This document shows positions 1-9,590 of a stretch of DNA of 64,000 bases, piece by piece (positions within the stretch are counted from its first letter, which is position 1; every line of letters starts with the position of its first letter). Under the pieces are notes generated by a model. The model had not been told where the DNA came from and did no database searches. It was given only the letters and a program-made list of their open reading frames with translations. Made by a program: the position numbers and the translations under genes. The stretch comes from Dehalococcoidia bacterium (lineage in GTDB: Bacteria > Chloroflexota > Dehalococcoidia > Lucifugimonadales > UBA3495), in assembly GCA_965249145.1 (NCBI GenBank), contig OZ252223.1:2323881-2387880 (forward strand), written 5' to 3'.

Positions 1-1161
1 CTAGCGGAGTTCGGCTATGGCGCGGGCTAGGGTGTCTATTTCTTCTTCGGTGTTGAAGAAGTGGAGGGAGGCGCGGATGCCTCGGGGGTAGCTGACTTGG
101 CGGACAACAATTTGGTGGTTGTTCCAGACGTGGGACACCACCGCCTCGGGGGTGTGACCGGCTATGGCGAAGGACACGAGGCCGGACGACTGCTGGCGGG
201 GCATCGGGGCAATGATGCTCACGCCGGAGATTTCGGCCAGTTGGGCCTTGAATCGGTCGGCTAGGTCGAGGTTGCGCTCCTCGATGTTCTTTACGCCAGC
301 TTCTTCGATGAACTTGGCAGCCTCTACAAACGCGGCTTGGAGGGGCACACTGCCGGAGCCGCCCAAGAATTTTTCAATGATACCGGTCTCGGGCTGGAAA
401 TCGGCGGGGTCATCGGTGTGGACCATGGCCCGGCCGCCGGTGTGGGCCGGGTGCACCTGCTCGATCAGACCGGGCCTGATGTAGAGAGCGCCCACGCCTT
501 CATAGCCCAGCACCCACTTCTGGCCAGGGATGGAGTAGAAGTCGAACCCGCCCTCCGCCATGTCCAAGTGAATGTGGCCCCCGGTCTGTGCGCCGTCCAG
601 CATGATCAGCGCGCCCCGTTCGTGGGCCAAGGCAGCCAACTGCTCGGCGGGAATGCGCAATCCGGTCGAATACTCGATGTGGCTGACGAACACCATGCGC
701 GTTCGCGGAGTGAAGGCCGCCTCGAACTTTTCGACTATGGCGTCCCAGGAGTCTTGGGGGTCAAGGGTCACCACGTTCACCTTAGCCCCGTAACGCAGCC
801 CCGCGTGGAAGCTGGGGGAGAGCACCGAACCGTGCTCCAGGTTGCAGGTGATTATCTCGTCGCCTTCCTGCCAGTCGAGCCCACTCATCACGATGTTCAG
901 GCCCTCGGTGGTGTTGCGGGTGACGAGCACCGAATCCACCGGCGCGCCGAGGAGGCGGGCGGCGGCCTCGCGGGCTTCTGCTTGAATCAGGCGGCCCGAC
1001 TCGTAGACGTCGGCGGTGGTCGGGCCGCGCTCCAGTTCCAGGTCGGTGCGGGCCTTCATGGCCTCGGCGGCCTTCCGGGGAGGCGGGCCCGACCAGCCGG
1101 TATTCATGTAGATCAGGTTGGCCAGAACGGGGATTTCGTCGCGGAACTTTTGTATGTCCAT
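1..1161 (-). CDS. class V aminotransferase-fold PLP enzyme (cysteine desulfurase / epimerase-like)
   Basis: ORF 1..1173 (390 aa) with class V-like blocks NTTEGLN, FVSHIEYSTG and PGQKW (putative PLP Lys). ATG at 1161 (MDIQKF) is preferred because AGGTGG lies 8 nt upstream. TAG stop at 1-3. Confidence 0.75.
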   Translation of the reverse strand: MDIQKFRDEIPVLANLIYMNTGWSGPPPRKAAEAMKARTDLELERGPTTADVYESGRLIQAEAREAAARLLGAPVDSVLVTRNTTEGLNIVMSGLDWQEGDEIITCNLEHGSVLSPSFHAGLRYGAKVNVVTLDPQDSWDAIVEKFEAAFTPRTRMVFVSHIEYSTGLRIPAEQLAALAHERGALIMLDGAQTGGHIHLDMAEGGFDFYSIPGQKWVLGYEGVGALYIRPGLIEQVHPAHTGGRAMVHTDDPADFQPETGIIEKFLGGSGSVPLQAAFVEAAKFIEEAGVKNIEERNLDLADRFKAQLAEISGVSIIAPMPRQQSSGLVSFAIAGHTPEAVVSHVWNNHQIVVRQVSYPRGIRASLHFFNTEEEIDTLARAIAELR

Positions 1162-1246
1162 GAAATCGGCCACCTACGGAAAGGGGCAACCTTGATGGTT
1201 GCCCCTGAGATTCGTTACCGGTGCGGGCTAGGCCCGGCGCATCCGC

Positions 1247-1900
1247 CTATCTGGGCGAATATGGCGTCGGGCGCAAGATGGAGTGGGTGGATACTCGGAC
1301 CAGAGAGCCGTTCTCCTCGGAAGCGGCGCGGGCGGTCTGCCAGTCGGGGTCGGCCCCGAAGGCGGCCCAGCTCTTCTCCCGGGCGCCGAGGCCGGAATAA
1401 CCCAGCATGTAGACCAAGCGGTTGCTGGTGCCGATGTCCTCGGTCCAGTAGGCCACGTTCTCTATGCCGTGCTTCTCGAAAAGCCCCATGGTGTGGTTCT
1501 TGAACCGGTTGTGCAGGTCGGGTAGCTTGCCGGGCATGGCGTCGTAGACCCGCAGCTCCTGCACCGCGGTCTCGAACTTGGGTTCCGGCGAATACGGGGT
1601 CGGTCGCATTACGGAGTTGACCACCTTGGCAACCAGCGGTCCGTCGGCTTCGGTCTCGGCCCGCACCTCGGCCCAAGCCTGGTCGGCCTGAAAGGCGGCC
1701 CATTTCTCTTCGCGGTCGGCCATGCTGTCGAAGTTCAGGATGTAGGTCAACTGGTTGCTCTGGCCGATTTCGTCGGTCCAGAAACCCATCATCCCGATCT
1801 CGTACTGGTTGAAGAATCCCATCGTGTGGTTGGCGAACCGGGCGTTGATGTTGGGCAGCTTGCCCGGGACCGCGTGGTAAACGCGAGACTCGTAAATCAT
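1247..1900 (-). CDS. NIPSNAP family protein (two tandem NIPSNAP domains)
   Basis: 217-aa ORF. Both halves repeat the pattern VY..(V/M)PGKLP....RF.NHTMG.F......N...WT..IG.SN.L.Y(I/M)L. GAGGTG RBS before the ATG at 1900. Confidence 0.8.
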   Translation of the reverse strand: MIYESRVYHAVPGKLPNINARFANHTMGFFNQYEIGMMGFWTDEIGQSNQLTYILNFDSMADREEKWAAFQADQAWAEVRAETEADGPLVAKVVNSVMRPTPYSPEPKFETAVQELRVYDAMPGKLPDLHNRFKNHTMGLFEKHGIENVAYWTEDIGTSNRLVYMLGYSGLGAREKSWAAFGADPDWQTARAASEENGSLVRVSTHSILRPTPYSPR

Positions 1901-1933
1901 GGTGCACCTCGACGGTTTAGATTCTGCAGGTCT

Positions 1934-1957
1934 GGATTCCCGCCTGCGCGGGAATGA
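1934..1957. repeat. REP-like palindromic element (GGATTCCCGC-CTGC-GCGGGAATGA)
   Basis: 8-bp stem ATTCCCGC/GCGGGAAT with a 4-nt loop. The same element recurs at 9041, 9108, 9422, and in degenerate form at 52134 and 52201. Confidence 0.65.
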
Positions 1958-2011
1958 TGAAGGTATTCTCGGGATGCCGGAAGCTGTTTCCGGAATGACC
2001 GCACCGGGGGG

Positions 2012-2368
2012 TTACTTGCGCTCGATGAACTCCAGTTGGACACCGTCGGGGCCCTCGAAGAAGACGACGCGGCGGTCGCCGGTGACCACGGCTTCCTCCA
2101 GGATGGTGGCCCCGTTGGCCTTGAGCATATCGATCATGCCGGTTATATCGTCGGTATCGATGGCGATATGCTCCATCCCATACTTCTGGTCCCGGGTCTG
2201 GGTGGCGATGTGCTGGGTGACGTTCAGGGTCAGGCCGTGCAGGTCGAGGCGCACGCCAGTCTCGCCAACGTCGGCAATTTTGGTAGCGCCCATAGTGTCG
2301 ATGTAGAACTGGGCGGTCTTCCGGGGGTCTGGCGATTTCAGATGGACATGGTTGAGGCTCAGTGCCAT
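2012..2368 (-). CDS. VOC family protein (glyoxalase/bleomycin-resistance/dioxygenase fold)
   Basis: 118-aa ORF with LNHVHL start, HIAIDTDD and a C-terminal FFEGPDGVQLE typical of single-domain VOC proteins. GGAGGGAG RBS. Confidence 0.8.
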   Translation of the reverse strand: MALSLNHVHLKSPDPRKTAQFYIDTMGATKIADVGETGVRLDLHGLTLNVTQHIATQTRDQKYGMEHIAIDTDDITGMIDMLKANGATILEEAVVTGDRRVVFFEGPDGVQLEFIERK

Positions 2369-2513
2369 CTCTCCCTCCTGTCGTGTCGCTATTCGGGACC
2401 GGGTTCATGGGGAGAATAGTCCAAGGGGCAGGGGTAGTCAAGGGAAGATAAGCTAACCCCTTTTGAGGCGAATCCGTATTATAATTCGGCCAATCCGCCT
2501 TCAGGAGAGAACC

Positions 2514-3416
2514 ATGCCTATCGAGCAGAACGCCCCGGAACTATCGGCTATCATCTCTAGCGACGCCTCAATTGAGTACCACGCCGACGGGTACGGCGGC
2601 GACAACGGCCCGGCTGAGGGGCCGGTTTGGTGGTCCGACGGTGGTTATCTACTCTTCAGCGACATCCACAACAACCGCCGCATCCGCTTCACCCCAGGCC
2701 AGGGCGCGACCGTCGACCACGAGCCGACCAACCGGGCCAACGGCCTGACCCGCGACCTCCAAGGCCGCCTGATCGCCTGCGAGCACGACAGCCGGCGAGT
2801 CACCCGCACCGAACCCGACGGCTCCATCACCGTGGTGGCGGCCAGCTTCCAAGGCCGGCCCCTGAACCGCCCCAACGACGTGGTGGTGAAGTCCGACGGT
2901 TGTATCTACTTCACCGATCCGTGGAGCCATCCGCAGGCCCCTGGGCAATTCGACCTGCCCTACTCCGGTGTCTTCCGGGTTACACCCGACCTGGGCTCCA
3001 TCAGCCTGCTGGTAGACGACTTCACCCTGCCCAACGGGCTGGCCTTCACTCCCGACGAGAGCGTGCTCTACATCAACGACTCCCGGCGGGGCCACATCCG
3101 GGCCTTCGACGTCAATCCCAACGGCAGCCTGGCCCGACACACCGACCGCGTGGTGGCCGATCTGACCGGCAGCGAGCCCGGTGTGCCTGACGGGATGAAG
3201 GTGGACGTGGAAGGAAACATCTACTGCGGGGGTTCCGGCGGGCTGTGGATTCTCGACCCGACGGGCAAGAAGCTGGGCGTGGTGAATCACGGCGCGCCCG
3301 CTACGACGAACCTCTGCTTCGGCGGCGCCGACTGGAAGACCCTCTACTTCACCAGCCGCAACCACCTGGGTTCGGTGCAGGTCAACATCGCTGGCGTGCC
3401 AGTGCCGGCCGCCTAA
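2514..3416 (+). CDS. SMP-30/gluconolactonase/LRE family protein
   Basis: ORF 2463..3416. ATG at 2514 is preceded by AGGAGAGA. Beta-propeller lactonase hallmarks: EGPVW, NRANGLTRD, RPNDVVV, PNGLAFTPDE, PDGMKVD, TNLCFGG. Confidence 0.8.
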   Translation: MPIEQNAPELSAIISSDASIEYHADGYGGDNGPAEGPVWWSDGGYLLFSDIHNNRRIRFTPGQGATVDHEPTNRANGLTRDLQGRLIACEHDSRRVTRTEPDGSITVVAASFQGRPLNRPNDVVVKSDGCIYFTDPWSHPQAPGQFDLPYSGVFRVTPDLGSISLLVDDFTLPNGLAFTPDESVLYINDSRRGHIRAFDVNPNGSLARHTDRVVADLTGSEPGVPDGMKVDVEGNIYCGGSGGLWILDPTGKKLGVVNHGAPATTNLCFGGADWKTLYFTSRNHLGSVQVNIAGVPVPAA

Positions 3417-3435
3417 CTACGCTCCGGAGGAAGTT

Positions 3436-3984
3436 ATGGCCAGGATAGACTCGGTATCAAGGGAAGAGCTTTCCGACGAGGACAAGCAGTACTACGACTC
3501 CATCGTCGGTACCCGGGGCAGTGTGCGCGGCCCCTTCGGCGTGCTGTTGAACAGCCCCAAGCTCGCAGCGAGGGTTGCCGACACCGGTGCCTTCGTGCGC
3601 TTCGAGTTCGAGCAGCCCGAGGCGCTGAAGGAGACGCTGATCATCGCCACCGCGCGGGAGATGCGCCAACAGTACGAGTTCTCGGCCCACGCCCGGCTGG
3701 CCCGGCAGGCAGGCGTCTCCGACGCCACCATCGCGGCCATCGCCAACGGCACCGCCCCGGCGGGCTTGGATGGAGACGAGGCGCTGCTGGTGAACTACGT
3801 CCACGAACTGCTGCGGCAGTACAAGGTGAGCGACGCCACCTTCAAGTCAATGACCGATCGCTTCGGCGGGGAGGACACCCTGCACTTCACGGTGCTGTGC
3901 GGCCACTACCTGCTGGTCGCCCAGGTGCTGACCGCCTTCGAGGTGGAGCTGGCCGAAGGAATGGCTGCGGAGATCCCCGACTAA
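3436..3984 (+). CDS. carboxymuconolactone decarboxylase (CMD/AhpD-like) family protein
   Basis: 182-aa ORF with GGAGGAAG RBS. Sequence follows the CMD-family pattern (RGPFGVLLNSP..., REMRQQYEFSAH). Confidence 0.7.
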   Translation: MARIDSVSREELSDEDKQYYDSIVGTRGSVRGPFGVLLNSPKLAARVADTGAFVRFEFEQPEALKETLIIATAREMRQQYEFSAHARLARQAGVSDATIAAIANGTAPAGLDGDEALLVNYVHELLRQYKVSDATFKSMTDRFGGEDTLHFTVLCGHYLLVAQVLTAFEVELAEGMAAEIPD

Positions 3985-4030
3985 CCGGTGCGAAAGCGGG
4001 TCCCGGCGATCACTGGGACCCGCCGTGGCT

Positions 4031-4975
4031 CTAGCCCACTCCTTCGCGCTGCACCAAGTGAACGAGCAGCCCGCCCAGACTGGCCGGGTGAACAAAGCCT
4101 ATCTGGGCCCGGCGGCTGCCGTACCGGCTGGACGTGTCGATCATGTTGTGCCCGGCAGCTTCCAGCTTGGTCAACAGTCCGTTGATGTCGGCCACCTTCA
4201 GGGCTATGTGGTGCAGTCCCGGCCCCCGTGCCTCGATGAAGCGGGTGATAACCCCTTGGTCTTGGGAGGTGCTGCCCGGCCTGCCATGCTCCACGTCGGC
4301 ATCCACCTCCAGGTCCAGGTTCTGCAGGAACTCCAGCTCGCAGTCACCGATGGTTATGAACGCCACCCTGACCCCGCCAACCAGTTGCGGTGGGCGGGTC
4401 CGGTACATTACCCCGTACTTGCTGGAAGTGAAGGTTTCGACGACCGTGGCGACGTCGGAATCGACCTGGGTGCTCTCGATGGCCCAACCCAGCTTGTTTC
4501 CGAACACTTGCATGGCCAAGACGTTATCTGACGAGGCGACCCCTAGGTGGTCGATGCGCTCCACCACGCTGTCGTTGGGTGCGGGCAACGCCAATGGCTC
4601 AGACAGGTAGGTAATCACCCCCGCCGTGGCCTGTGGGTTGAGCAGCAATCGTTGGGTGCCGCCAATTCCCCACTCCATGCTGGACGAGACCACGGGCAGA
4701 CCCATCTCGGCGGCTTCGGCGGCGGCGCTAACCGGGCCGTCTACCGAAACAGCCATGTGGTGCAGCCCGACCCGCTCGGCTCCTCGGACGAACTCGTCAC
4801 CCAGCTCGAACAGCGCGATGCCAGTCCTGCCCACCGGGAATACGGGGGCGCGACGCCCGGACGAACCGACGGACACCATGTGGGGGCTTAGCTCGAAGTC
4901 GCGCTGCAGAATTTCGGATACGCGGTCTACGTCGCGGACCGCAACGCTAACGTAGGCTAATCCGTTGCCAATCAT
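4031..4975 (-). CDS. two-domain VOC family protein (methylmalonyl-CoA epimerase/dioxygenase-like)
   Basis: 314-aa ORF with two glyoxalase-type modules (LHHMAVSV... and IDHLGVAS...GLHHIALKV). Confidence 0.7.
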   Translation of the reverse strand: MIGNGLAYVSVAVRDVDRVSEILQRDFELSPHMVSVGSSGRRAPVFPVGRTGIALFELGDEFVRGAERVGLHHMAVSVDGPVSAAAEAAEMGLPVVSSSMEWGIGGTQRLLLNPQATAGVITYLSEPLALPAPNDSVVERIDHLGVASSDNVLAMQVFGNKLGWAIESTQVDSDVATVVETFTSSKYGVMYRTRPPQLVGGVRVAFITIGDCELEFLQNLDLEVDADVEHGRPGSTSQDQGVITRFIEARGPGLHHIALKVADINGLLTKLEAAGHNMIDTSSRYGSRRAQIGFVHPASLGGLLVHLVQREGVG

Positions 4976-4977
4976 CG

Positions 4978-5124
4978 CTAGGCTCCTTGGCGTTCTAGGA
5001 CGACCACCGGGACCTCCCGGTTGGTCCGGGCCTGGTACTCGCCGTATTCTCCGTTAGTCTCCTGATAGCGCTTTATGTGGTCAAGCACCCAATCGGGTTT
5101 TCGGGATGCGCTGTCGGTAGTCAT
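4978..5124 (-). CDS. possible small protein (48 aa), translationally coupled to the downstream VOC gene
   Basis: Not in the ORF track (<60 aa). My reading is ATG 5124 ... TAG 4980-4978, giving MTTDSASRKPDWVLDHIKRYQETNGEYGEYQARTNREVPVVVLERQGA. The stop lies 2 nt before the ATG of the 4031..4975 gene. Confidence 0.25.
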   Translation of the reverse strand: MTTDSASRKPDWVLDHIKRYQETNGEYGEYQARTNREVPVVVLERQGA

Positions 5125-5261
5125 GCTGAAACCGTCTCCGTTAACGTGAAGTCGGGAATACTATATCACCGGCGATGTTGGATCCGGCATATTCCGGTTT
5201 GCCTCTGCGGTCTCGCCCCCTCTGGGGTAGAATTCACTCACCTGAATTGGAGGGCATTGAA

Positions 5262-5618
5262 ATGCGAGTGCTAAGGATTGCAGAGATAGAACACGTACCA
5301 ATCGACACCGCAACCCCGGTGCCGGGCTGGACCGGAGGAGAAGTGAAGCGCACCCGTCAGCCGCTAATCCCCGAGGGAAACAGCGAGAACTTCAACAGCA
5401 GCGTGGTAAATTTCGAGCGGGGTGCAACCACCGGCTGGCACATCCACGCCAGCGACCAGATTTTGGTGATCACCTCCGGGGTCGGCACTGTAGCCAACGA
5501 GACCGAAGAGCACCAAGTGACCGTCGGCGACGTGGTCCAAGTCATGAAGGGCGAGAACCACTGGCACGGCGCCCGGGCCGAGTCCTACATGTCGCATATA
5601 ACGATCACGGCAATCTAG
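5262..5618 (+). CDS. cupin domain protein
   Basis: ORF 5175..5618. ATG at 5262 follows GGAGG. Cupin motifs G.TTGWHIH....QILVITSG and GENHWHG. Confidence 0.7.
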   Translation: MRVLRIAEIEHVPIDTATPVPGWTGGEVKRTRQPLIPEGNSENFNSSVVNFERGATTGWHIHASDQILVITSGVGTVANETEEHQVTVGDVVQVMKGENHWHGARAESYMSHITITAI

Positions 5619-5788
5619 CCAGCAGGGCCACCCGGCCATCCACGTCTATGGAAACCGCAGAGGCGCTTCACCAAGCGCCCCTGCGGCCGCCGGCTCCTGT
5701 GGGACGCGTGGGTGGGCGCCATACCGGCGGCTGGGGCTACCCGCGGCCTTGACCACGGGCAACGGCGGACCGGGCGACGGGCCGGTGG

Positions 5789-8707
5789 TTACGGCAGGGC
5801 GTCGGCCAGCACCTCGGCTAGGTGGCGCGCCTTGCGGCTGGTGCCATGATCGATTTGTTGGCGGCAGGAAACGCCCATGACGGCTACCTCCCAGTCCGGG
5901 CCCTTGGCTTCCACTGCGGGGAACAGGGCTTGGCTGCCGATAGTCATGGACAGCTCGTAATGCTCCTTTTCGTAGCCGAAGGAGCCTGCCATACCGCAGC
6001 ACCCGGCGTTGACCAACTCCACCTGGTAACCTGGGGCCAGCCGCAGGGCGTTTAGCGACGAGGCGGTGCCGGCCAGCGACCGCTGGTGGCAATGGGCGTG
6101 GAACAGCACCTTCTTTTCGACGCTTTCGAAGGACAGCTCCAGCTTGCCTTCGGCCTGCAGCTTCACCAAGAACTCGTCGATGAGGAAGGAGTTTTCGGCG
6201 ACGGTCCGCGCTTGAGGTCCCGGGACCAATTCGGGATACTCGTCGCGGAGCGTCAGCAAGCAACTGGGCTCGCAGCCGATGATCGGGATGCCCTGCCCGG
6301 CATAGGCGTGGAGCAGGGCCACGTTGTGGGCGGCGTTGGCGGCGGCGGCGTCCAGCATCCCCTTGGAAATCATGGGCCGGCCGCAGCAGGGCGCGTCGGC
6401 CAACTCGACCTTGTAGCCCGCCGCTTCCAGCAGGGCGACCGCGGCCTTGCCGACACCCGGGTAGTTGTAGTTCATGTAGGTGTCGTTGAGCAGGACGACC
6501 GTCCCGGTGGCCTCTCCCAGACCGTCGGACGTCCCACCCTTGGCCCGACGTGAGCGGAACCATCGGGGGAAGGTCTGGCTGGCGAACCCGGGGAGCGAGC
6601 GCTTGGGGTGGACGCCCAAGAAGTGGTTGGAGACGAGCTTGCCGATGGGGCTGCTGGCCAGCCAATTCGAAAGTGGCGCAAAGCGGCTGCCCAACGCGCT
6701 GTATTTGGCGATGTTGCCGAATATGCGGTTGCGCCGGGGCAGGCCGTTGGCCTTGAAGTAGTTGGACAGGAACTCGTACTTAAGCTTGGCCATGTCGACT
6801 CCCGACTCGCACTCGGCCTTGCAGCCCTTGCACTCCAAGCAAAGGTCGAGGGCGTCGTAGAGCCGGTGGCTGGTTATCGCCCCTTCGGGAAACTTGCCCG
6901 ACATGGCGGCACGCAGCAGGTTGGCCCGGCCTCGGGTCGAATGTTCCTCCTCGCGAGTGGCGATGAACGAGGGGCACATTGTGCCGTCCAGCTTGCGGCA
7001 GGCGCCCATGCCGTTACACATCTCCACCGCGCCAGCAAAGTTGGTGTCGATGGAGAAGTCGAGGCGGGTGGGCAGCGGCTCGGCCCGGTAGCCTGGCCCG
7101 TAGCGCAGGTTTTCGGTCATGGGGGGGCAATCGATGATTTTCCCCGGGTTCATGATCCCGTCGGGGTCGAAGGTGGACTTCAGCTCCCGGAACAATCCGT
7201 AGATCTCCGGGCCGAACATCTTCTCGTTCCAGACGCCTCTCACGATGCCGTCGCCATGCTCTCCGCTCAGGGAACCGCCGAAGTCCTTGACCAAGTCGCT
7301 TATCTCGTCGGCGATGGCGTACATCTTGTCGACCCCAGCCTGGTCTTTCAGGCTCACGACGGGCCGGATGTGCAGACAGCCGACACTGGCGTGGCCGTAG
7401 TAGGCGGCTTCGGTGTCGTGGTTGCGGACAATCTCGTCGAATTGGCGGACGAACTCGCCCATGTTTTCCGGGTCGACGGCGGTGTCTTCCACAAAGGGCA
7501 GGGGCTTGGCGTCACCGTGCATGCTCATCAGCAGGCCTAGGCCGTTTTTGCGCACGTTCCATACGTTGGCTTGCGAGGCGCGGTCCAGCAGGTTGACGCA
7601 AGCGTAACCCAAGCGGCGGCGCTCCATGTCGGCCTTCATGCCATCCATCTTGCTGGTAAGCTCGGCCTCGGACTCGCCGTAGAACTCCACCGCAAGGATT
7701 GCGCCGGGATCGCCTTGGATGAAGGCCATCGCGGTGGAGAGGCCCATCGACTGCCGGGAGCGGTCCAGCACGTTCTTGTCCATAATCTCGATGGACGACG
7801 GGGCGTGGTTGAGGATTTCCTTCACCGCCTCGCTGGCTTGGAAGATGTCCACGAAGTGGAGCACCGATAGTCCGGTCATGGTGGGACGTGGCACCAAATT
7901 CACCTTGGCCTCGGTCACCACGCAGAGAGTGCCCTCGGAGCCGACCACCATCCGGGTCATGTTGAAGGGCGAATCGGTCAGGAACTCATCCAGGTTGTAG
8001 CCGCTGACCCGGCGCATGATGTTGGGGTAGCGGGCCTCGATCTCGGCCGCGTTCTCTTGGGCCAAGCGACGGACGCCCCGGTAGATTTCGGACTCTAAAC
8101 CGGTGCCGCTTAGCTTGGCTTCCAACTGCCCGGCGTCGAGCGGCTGAAAGTGAGTCCGGGAACCGTCGGCCAGGACCACGTCCAACTCCATAATGTGATC
8201 TAGGGTTTTGCCGTAGATCACGGAGTGGGCCCCGCAGGTGTTGTTGCCGACGCCGCCGCCCACGCAGGCGCGACTGGAGGTGGTGGGGTCGGGAGCGTAC
8301 ATCAATCCGTGGGGCAGAAGCTCTCGGTTGAGCTGGTCGAGGACTATGCCGGGCTGTACCCGTGCCCAGGACTCAGCCGCGTTGACTTCCACCACTTGGT
8401 TCAGGTATTTGCTGAAGTCCATCACGATTGCGTGATTGACGGTCTGCCCGGCCAAGCTGGTCCCACCGGCCCGGGGGAGCACCGGCACCCGGTTGTCCTT
8501 GGCCACTTCCATCACCGCCAGCACGTCCTCGTCGCTGCGAGGGATGACGACCCCAATCGGCTCCATCTGGTAGATGCTGGCGTCGGTGCTGTAGAGCACT
8601 CGGGAGAAGGGGTCGAAGCGCACCTCGCCAGAGACCCTCGGGCGCAATGTCTGCTCCAGGTCGCCCCGCTCCGAAGCCCGAATCCTGCCTACCGCGGTGG
8701 TGGCCAT
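5789..8707 (-). CDS. FAD-binding oxidase fused to an (Fe-S)-binding/CCG domain (GlcD-GlcF-like, D-lactate/glycolate oxidase family)
   Basis: 972-aa ORF. N-terminal FAD_binding_4-like region (PRAGGTSLAGQT). Middle Cys clusters CNGMGACRK...CPS and CLECKGCKAECESG. C-terminal CCG motifs (CCGRPM, GCCGMAGSFG). AGGAGG RBS. Confidence 0.85.
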   Translation of the reverse strand: MATTAVGRIRASERGDLEQTLRPRVSGEVRFDPFSRVLYSTDASIYQMEPIGVVIPRSDEDVLAVMEVAKDNRVPVLPRAGGTSLAGQTVNHAIVMDFSKYLNQVVEVNAAESWARVQPGIVLDQLNRELLPHGLMYAPDPTTSSRACVGGGVGNNTCGAHSVIYGKTLDHIMELDVVLADGSRTHFQPLDAGQLEAKLSGTGLESEIYRGVRRLAQENAAEIEARYPNIMRRVSGYNLDEFLTDSPFNMTRMVVGSEGTLCVVTEAKVNLVPRPTMTGLSVLHFVDIFQASEAVKEILNHAPSSIEIMDKNVLDRSRQSMGLSTAMAFIQGDPGAILAVEFYGESEAELTSKMDGMKADMERRRLGYACVNLLDRASQANVWNVRKNGLGLLMSMHGDAKPLPFVEDTAVDPENMGEFVRQFDEIVRNHDTEAAYYGHASVGCLHIRPVVSLKDQAGVDKMYAIADEISDLVKDFGGSLSGEHGDGIVRGVWNEKMFGPEIYGLFRELKSTFDPDGIMNPGKIIDCPPMTENLRYGPGYRAEPLPTRLDFSIDTNFAGAVEMCNGMGACRKLDGTMCPSFIATREEEHSTRGRANLLRAAMSGKFPEGAITSHRLYDALDLCLECKGCKAECESGVDMAKLKYEFLSNYFKANGLPRRNRIFGNIAKYSALGSRFAPLSNWLASSPIGKLVSNHFLGVHPKRSLPGFASQTFPRWFRSRRAKGGTSDGLGEATGTVVLLNDTYMNYNYPGVGKAAVALLEAAGYKVELADAPCCGRPMISKGMLDAAAANAAHNVALLHAYAGQGIPIIGCEPSCLLTLRDEYPELVPGPQARTVAENSFLIDEFLVKLQAEGKLELSFESVEKKVLFHAHCHQRSLAGTASSLNALRLAPGYQVELVNAGCCGMAGSFGYEKEHYELSMTIGSQALFPAVEAKGPDWEVAVMGVSCRQQIDHGTSRKARHLAEVLADALP

Positions 8708-8870
8708 ACCCAGCCTCCTGATCGACGTTCTACCAGTACCACAGGATACATGAAGAAGGGGGCCATATCATCTCGCCACCCTCATGCCCCAGCACCTACC
8801 GGCCGCGACGGCCACCGACCTCCTCTCGGCCCTGCGCCACCTATGCGTCGGCGGTATCGTGCACCCCTGG

Positions 8871-9006
8871 CCCCCCACCCTCCGGTCCGGCGCCTCACCC
8901 TGCCCCGCCGTGCCCCCCACCCTCCGGTCCGGCGGCCCCGCCGTGCCCCCCACCCTCCGGTCCGGCGGCCCCGCCGTGCCCCCCACCCTCCGGTCCGGCG
9001 GCCCTG
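8871..9006. repeat. 33-bp tandem repeat (3 copies plus 1 diverged copy)
   Basis: Unit GTGCCCCCCACCCTCCGGTCCGGCGGCCCCGCC. The core CCCCCCACCCTCCGGTCCGGCG starts at 8871, 8913, 8946 and 8979. It translates to PPTLRSGGPAV repeats in a shadow ORF. Confidence 0.85.
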
Positions 9007-9040
9007 CCGCTGCCGTCATGGCCCGGCGGCCCCACTCCCG

Positions 9041-9133
9041 TCATTCCCGCGGATGCGGGAATCCACAACCGCACTGAGGGAATATCGGCGTGTAAGGCGA
9101 ACGCTTTGGATTCCCGCCTGCGCGGGAATGACG
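9041..9133. repeat. inverted pair of REP-like palindromic elements
   Basis: 9041-9065 TCATTCCCGCGGATGCGGGAATCCA and 9108-9133 GGATTCCCGCCTGCGCGGGAATGACG are the same element in opposite orientations. Confidence 0.65.
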
Positions 9134-9421
9134 GAGGCAGGCGGGGATTGACGGAGCCAGGACCGGACCGGTCAGATCAGGTCTTGGAGCAAGTCGCGCC
9201 ACGGCGGGTTGGTCTTGTTGATCAACGAAGTTTTCCAGGCTCGGAGCCACTCCTTCATTGCCTTCATCGTGTATATGCAGGGTTGCCTTCTTAGCCGGTT
9301 CTCTGCCATCTCCTTCGCACCTGGGTTGGAATCGATCCGCACCCTGGGACATTGAACAGCATGGCCGTCCAATCATCCAGTGGCTTCTGTCAGTGGCGCG
9401 ATGTTTCTGTCGCGGGGCGGT

Positions 9422-9590
9422 GGATTCCCGCCTGCGCGGGAATGACGGGAGGGGGAGCGTGGGTCATGACGGGAGGGTGCCGGGGGAATGACGGGAGGGG
9501 GAGCTTGGGTCATGACGGGAGGGTGCCGGGGGAATGACGGGAGGGGGAGCAGGGTCATGACGGGAGGGTGCCGGGGGAATGACGGCAGAA
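9422..9590. repeat. REP-like element followed by a ~46-bp tandem array (about 3.3 copies)
   Basis: GGATTCCCGCCTGCGCGGGAATGACGGGAGGG at 9422. AATGACGGGAGGGGGAGC..GGGTCATGACGGGAGGGTGCCGGGGG then recurs with AATG at 9441, 9487, 9533 and 9578. Confidence 0.85.

Noticed and set aside
9172-9372. 66-aa ORF in a lower-GC patch between REP elements (…MKAMKEWLRAWKTSLINKTNPPWRDLLQDLI).
   Set aside because: No recognisable family and no clear RBS. It may be a gene remnant, but I cannot support a call.
9041-9537. Small ORFs encoding DSRLRGNDG, IPACAGMT and GNDGRGSLGHDGRVPGE peptides.
   Set aside because: They are translations of the REP-like palindromes and tandem repeats. Their frames change with element orientation.
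8871-9590. Possible CRISPR array, suggested by the short repeats.
   Set aside because: The repeats are head-to-tail with no unique spacers. Two different units (33 and 46 bp) are involved. No cas genes are nearby.
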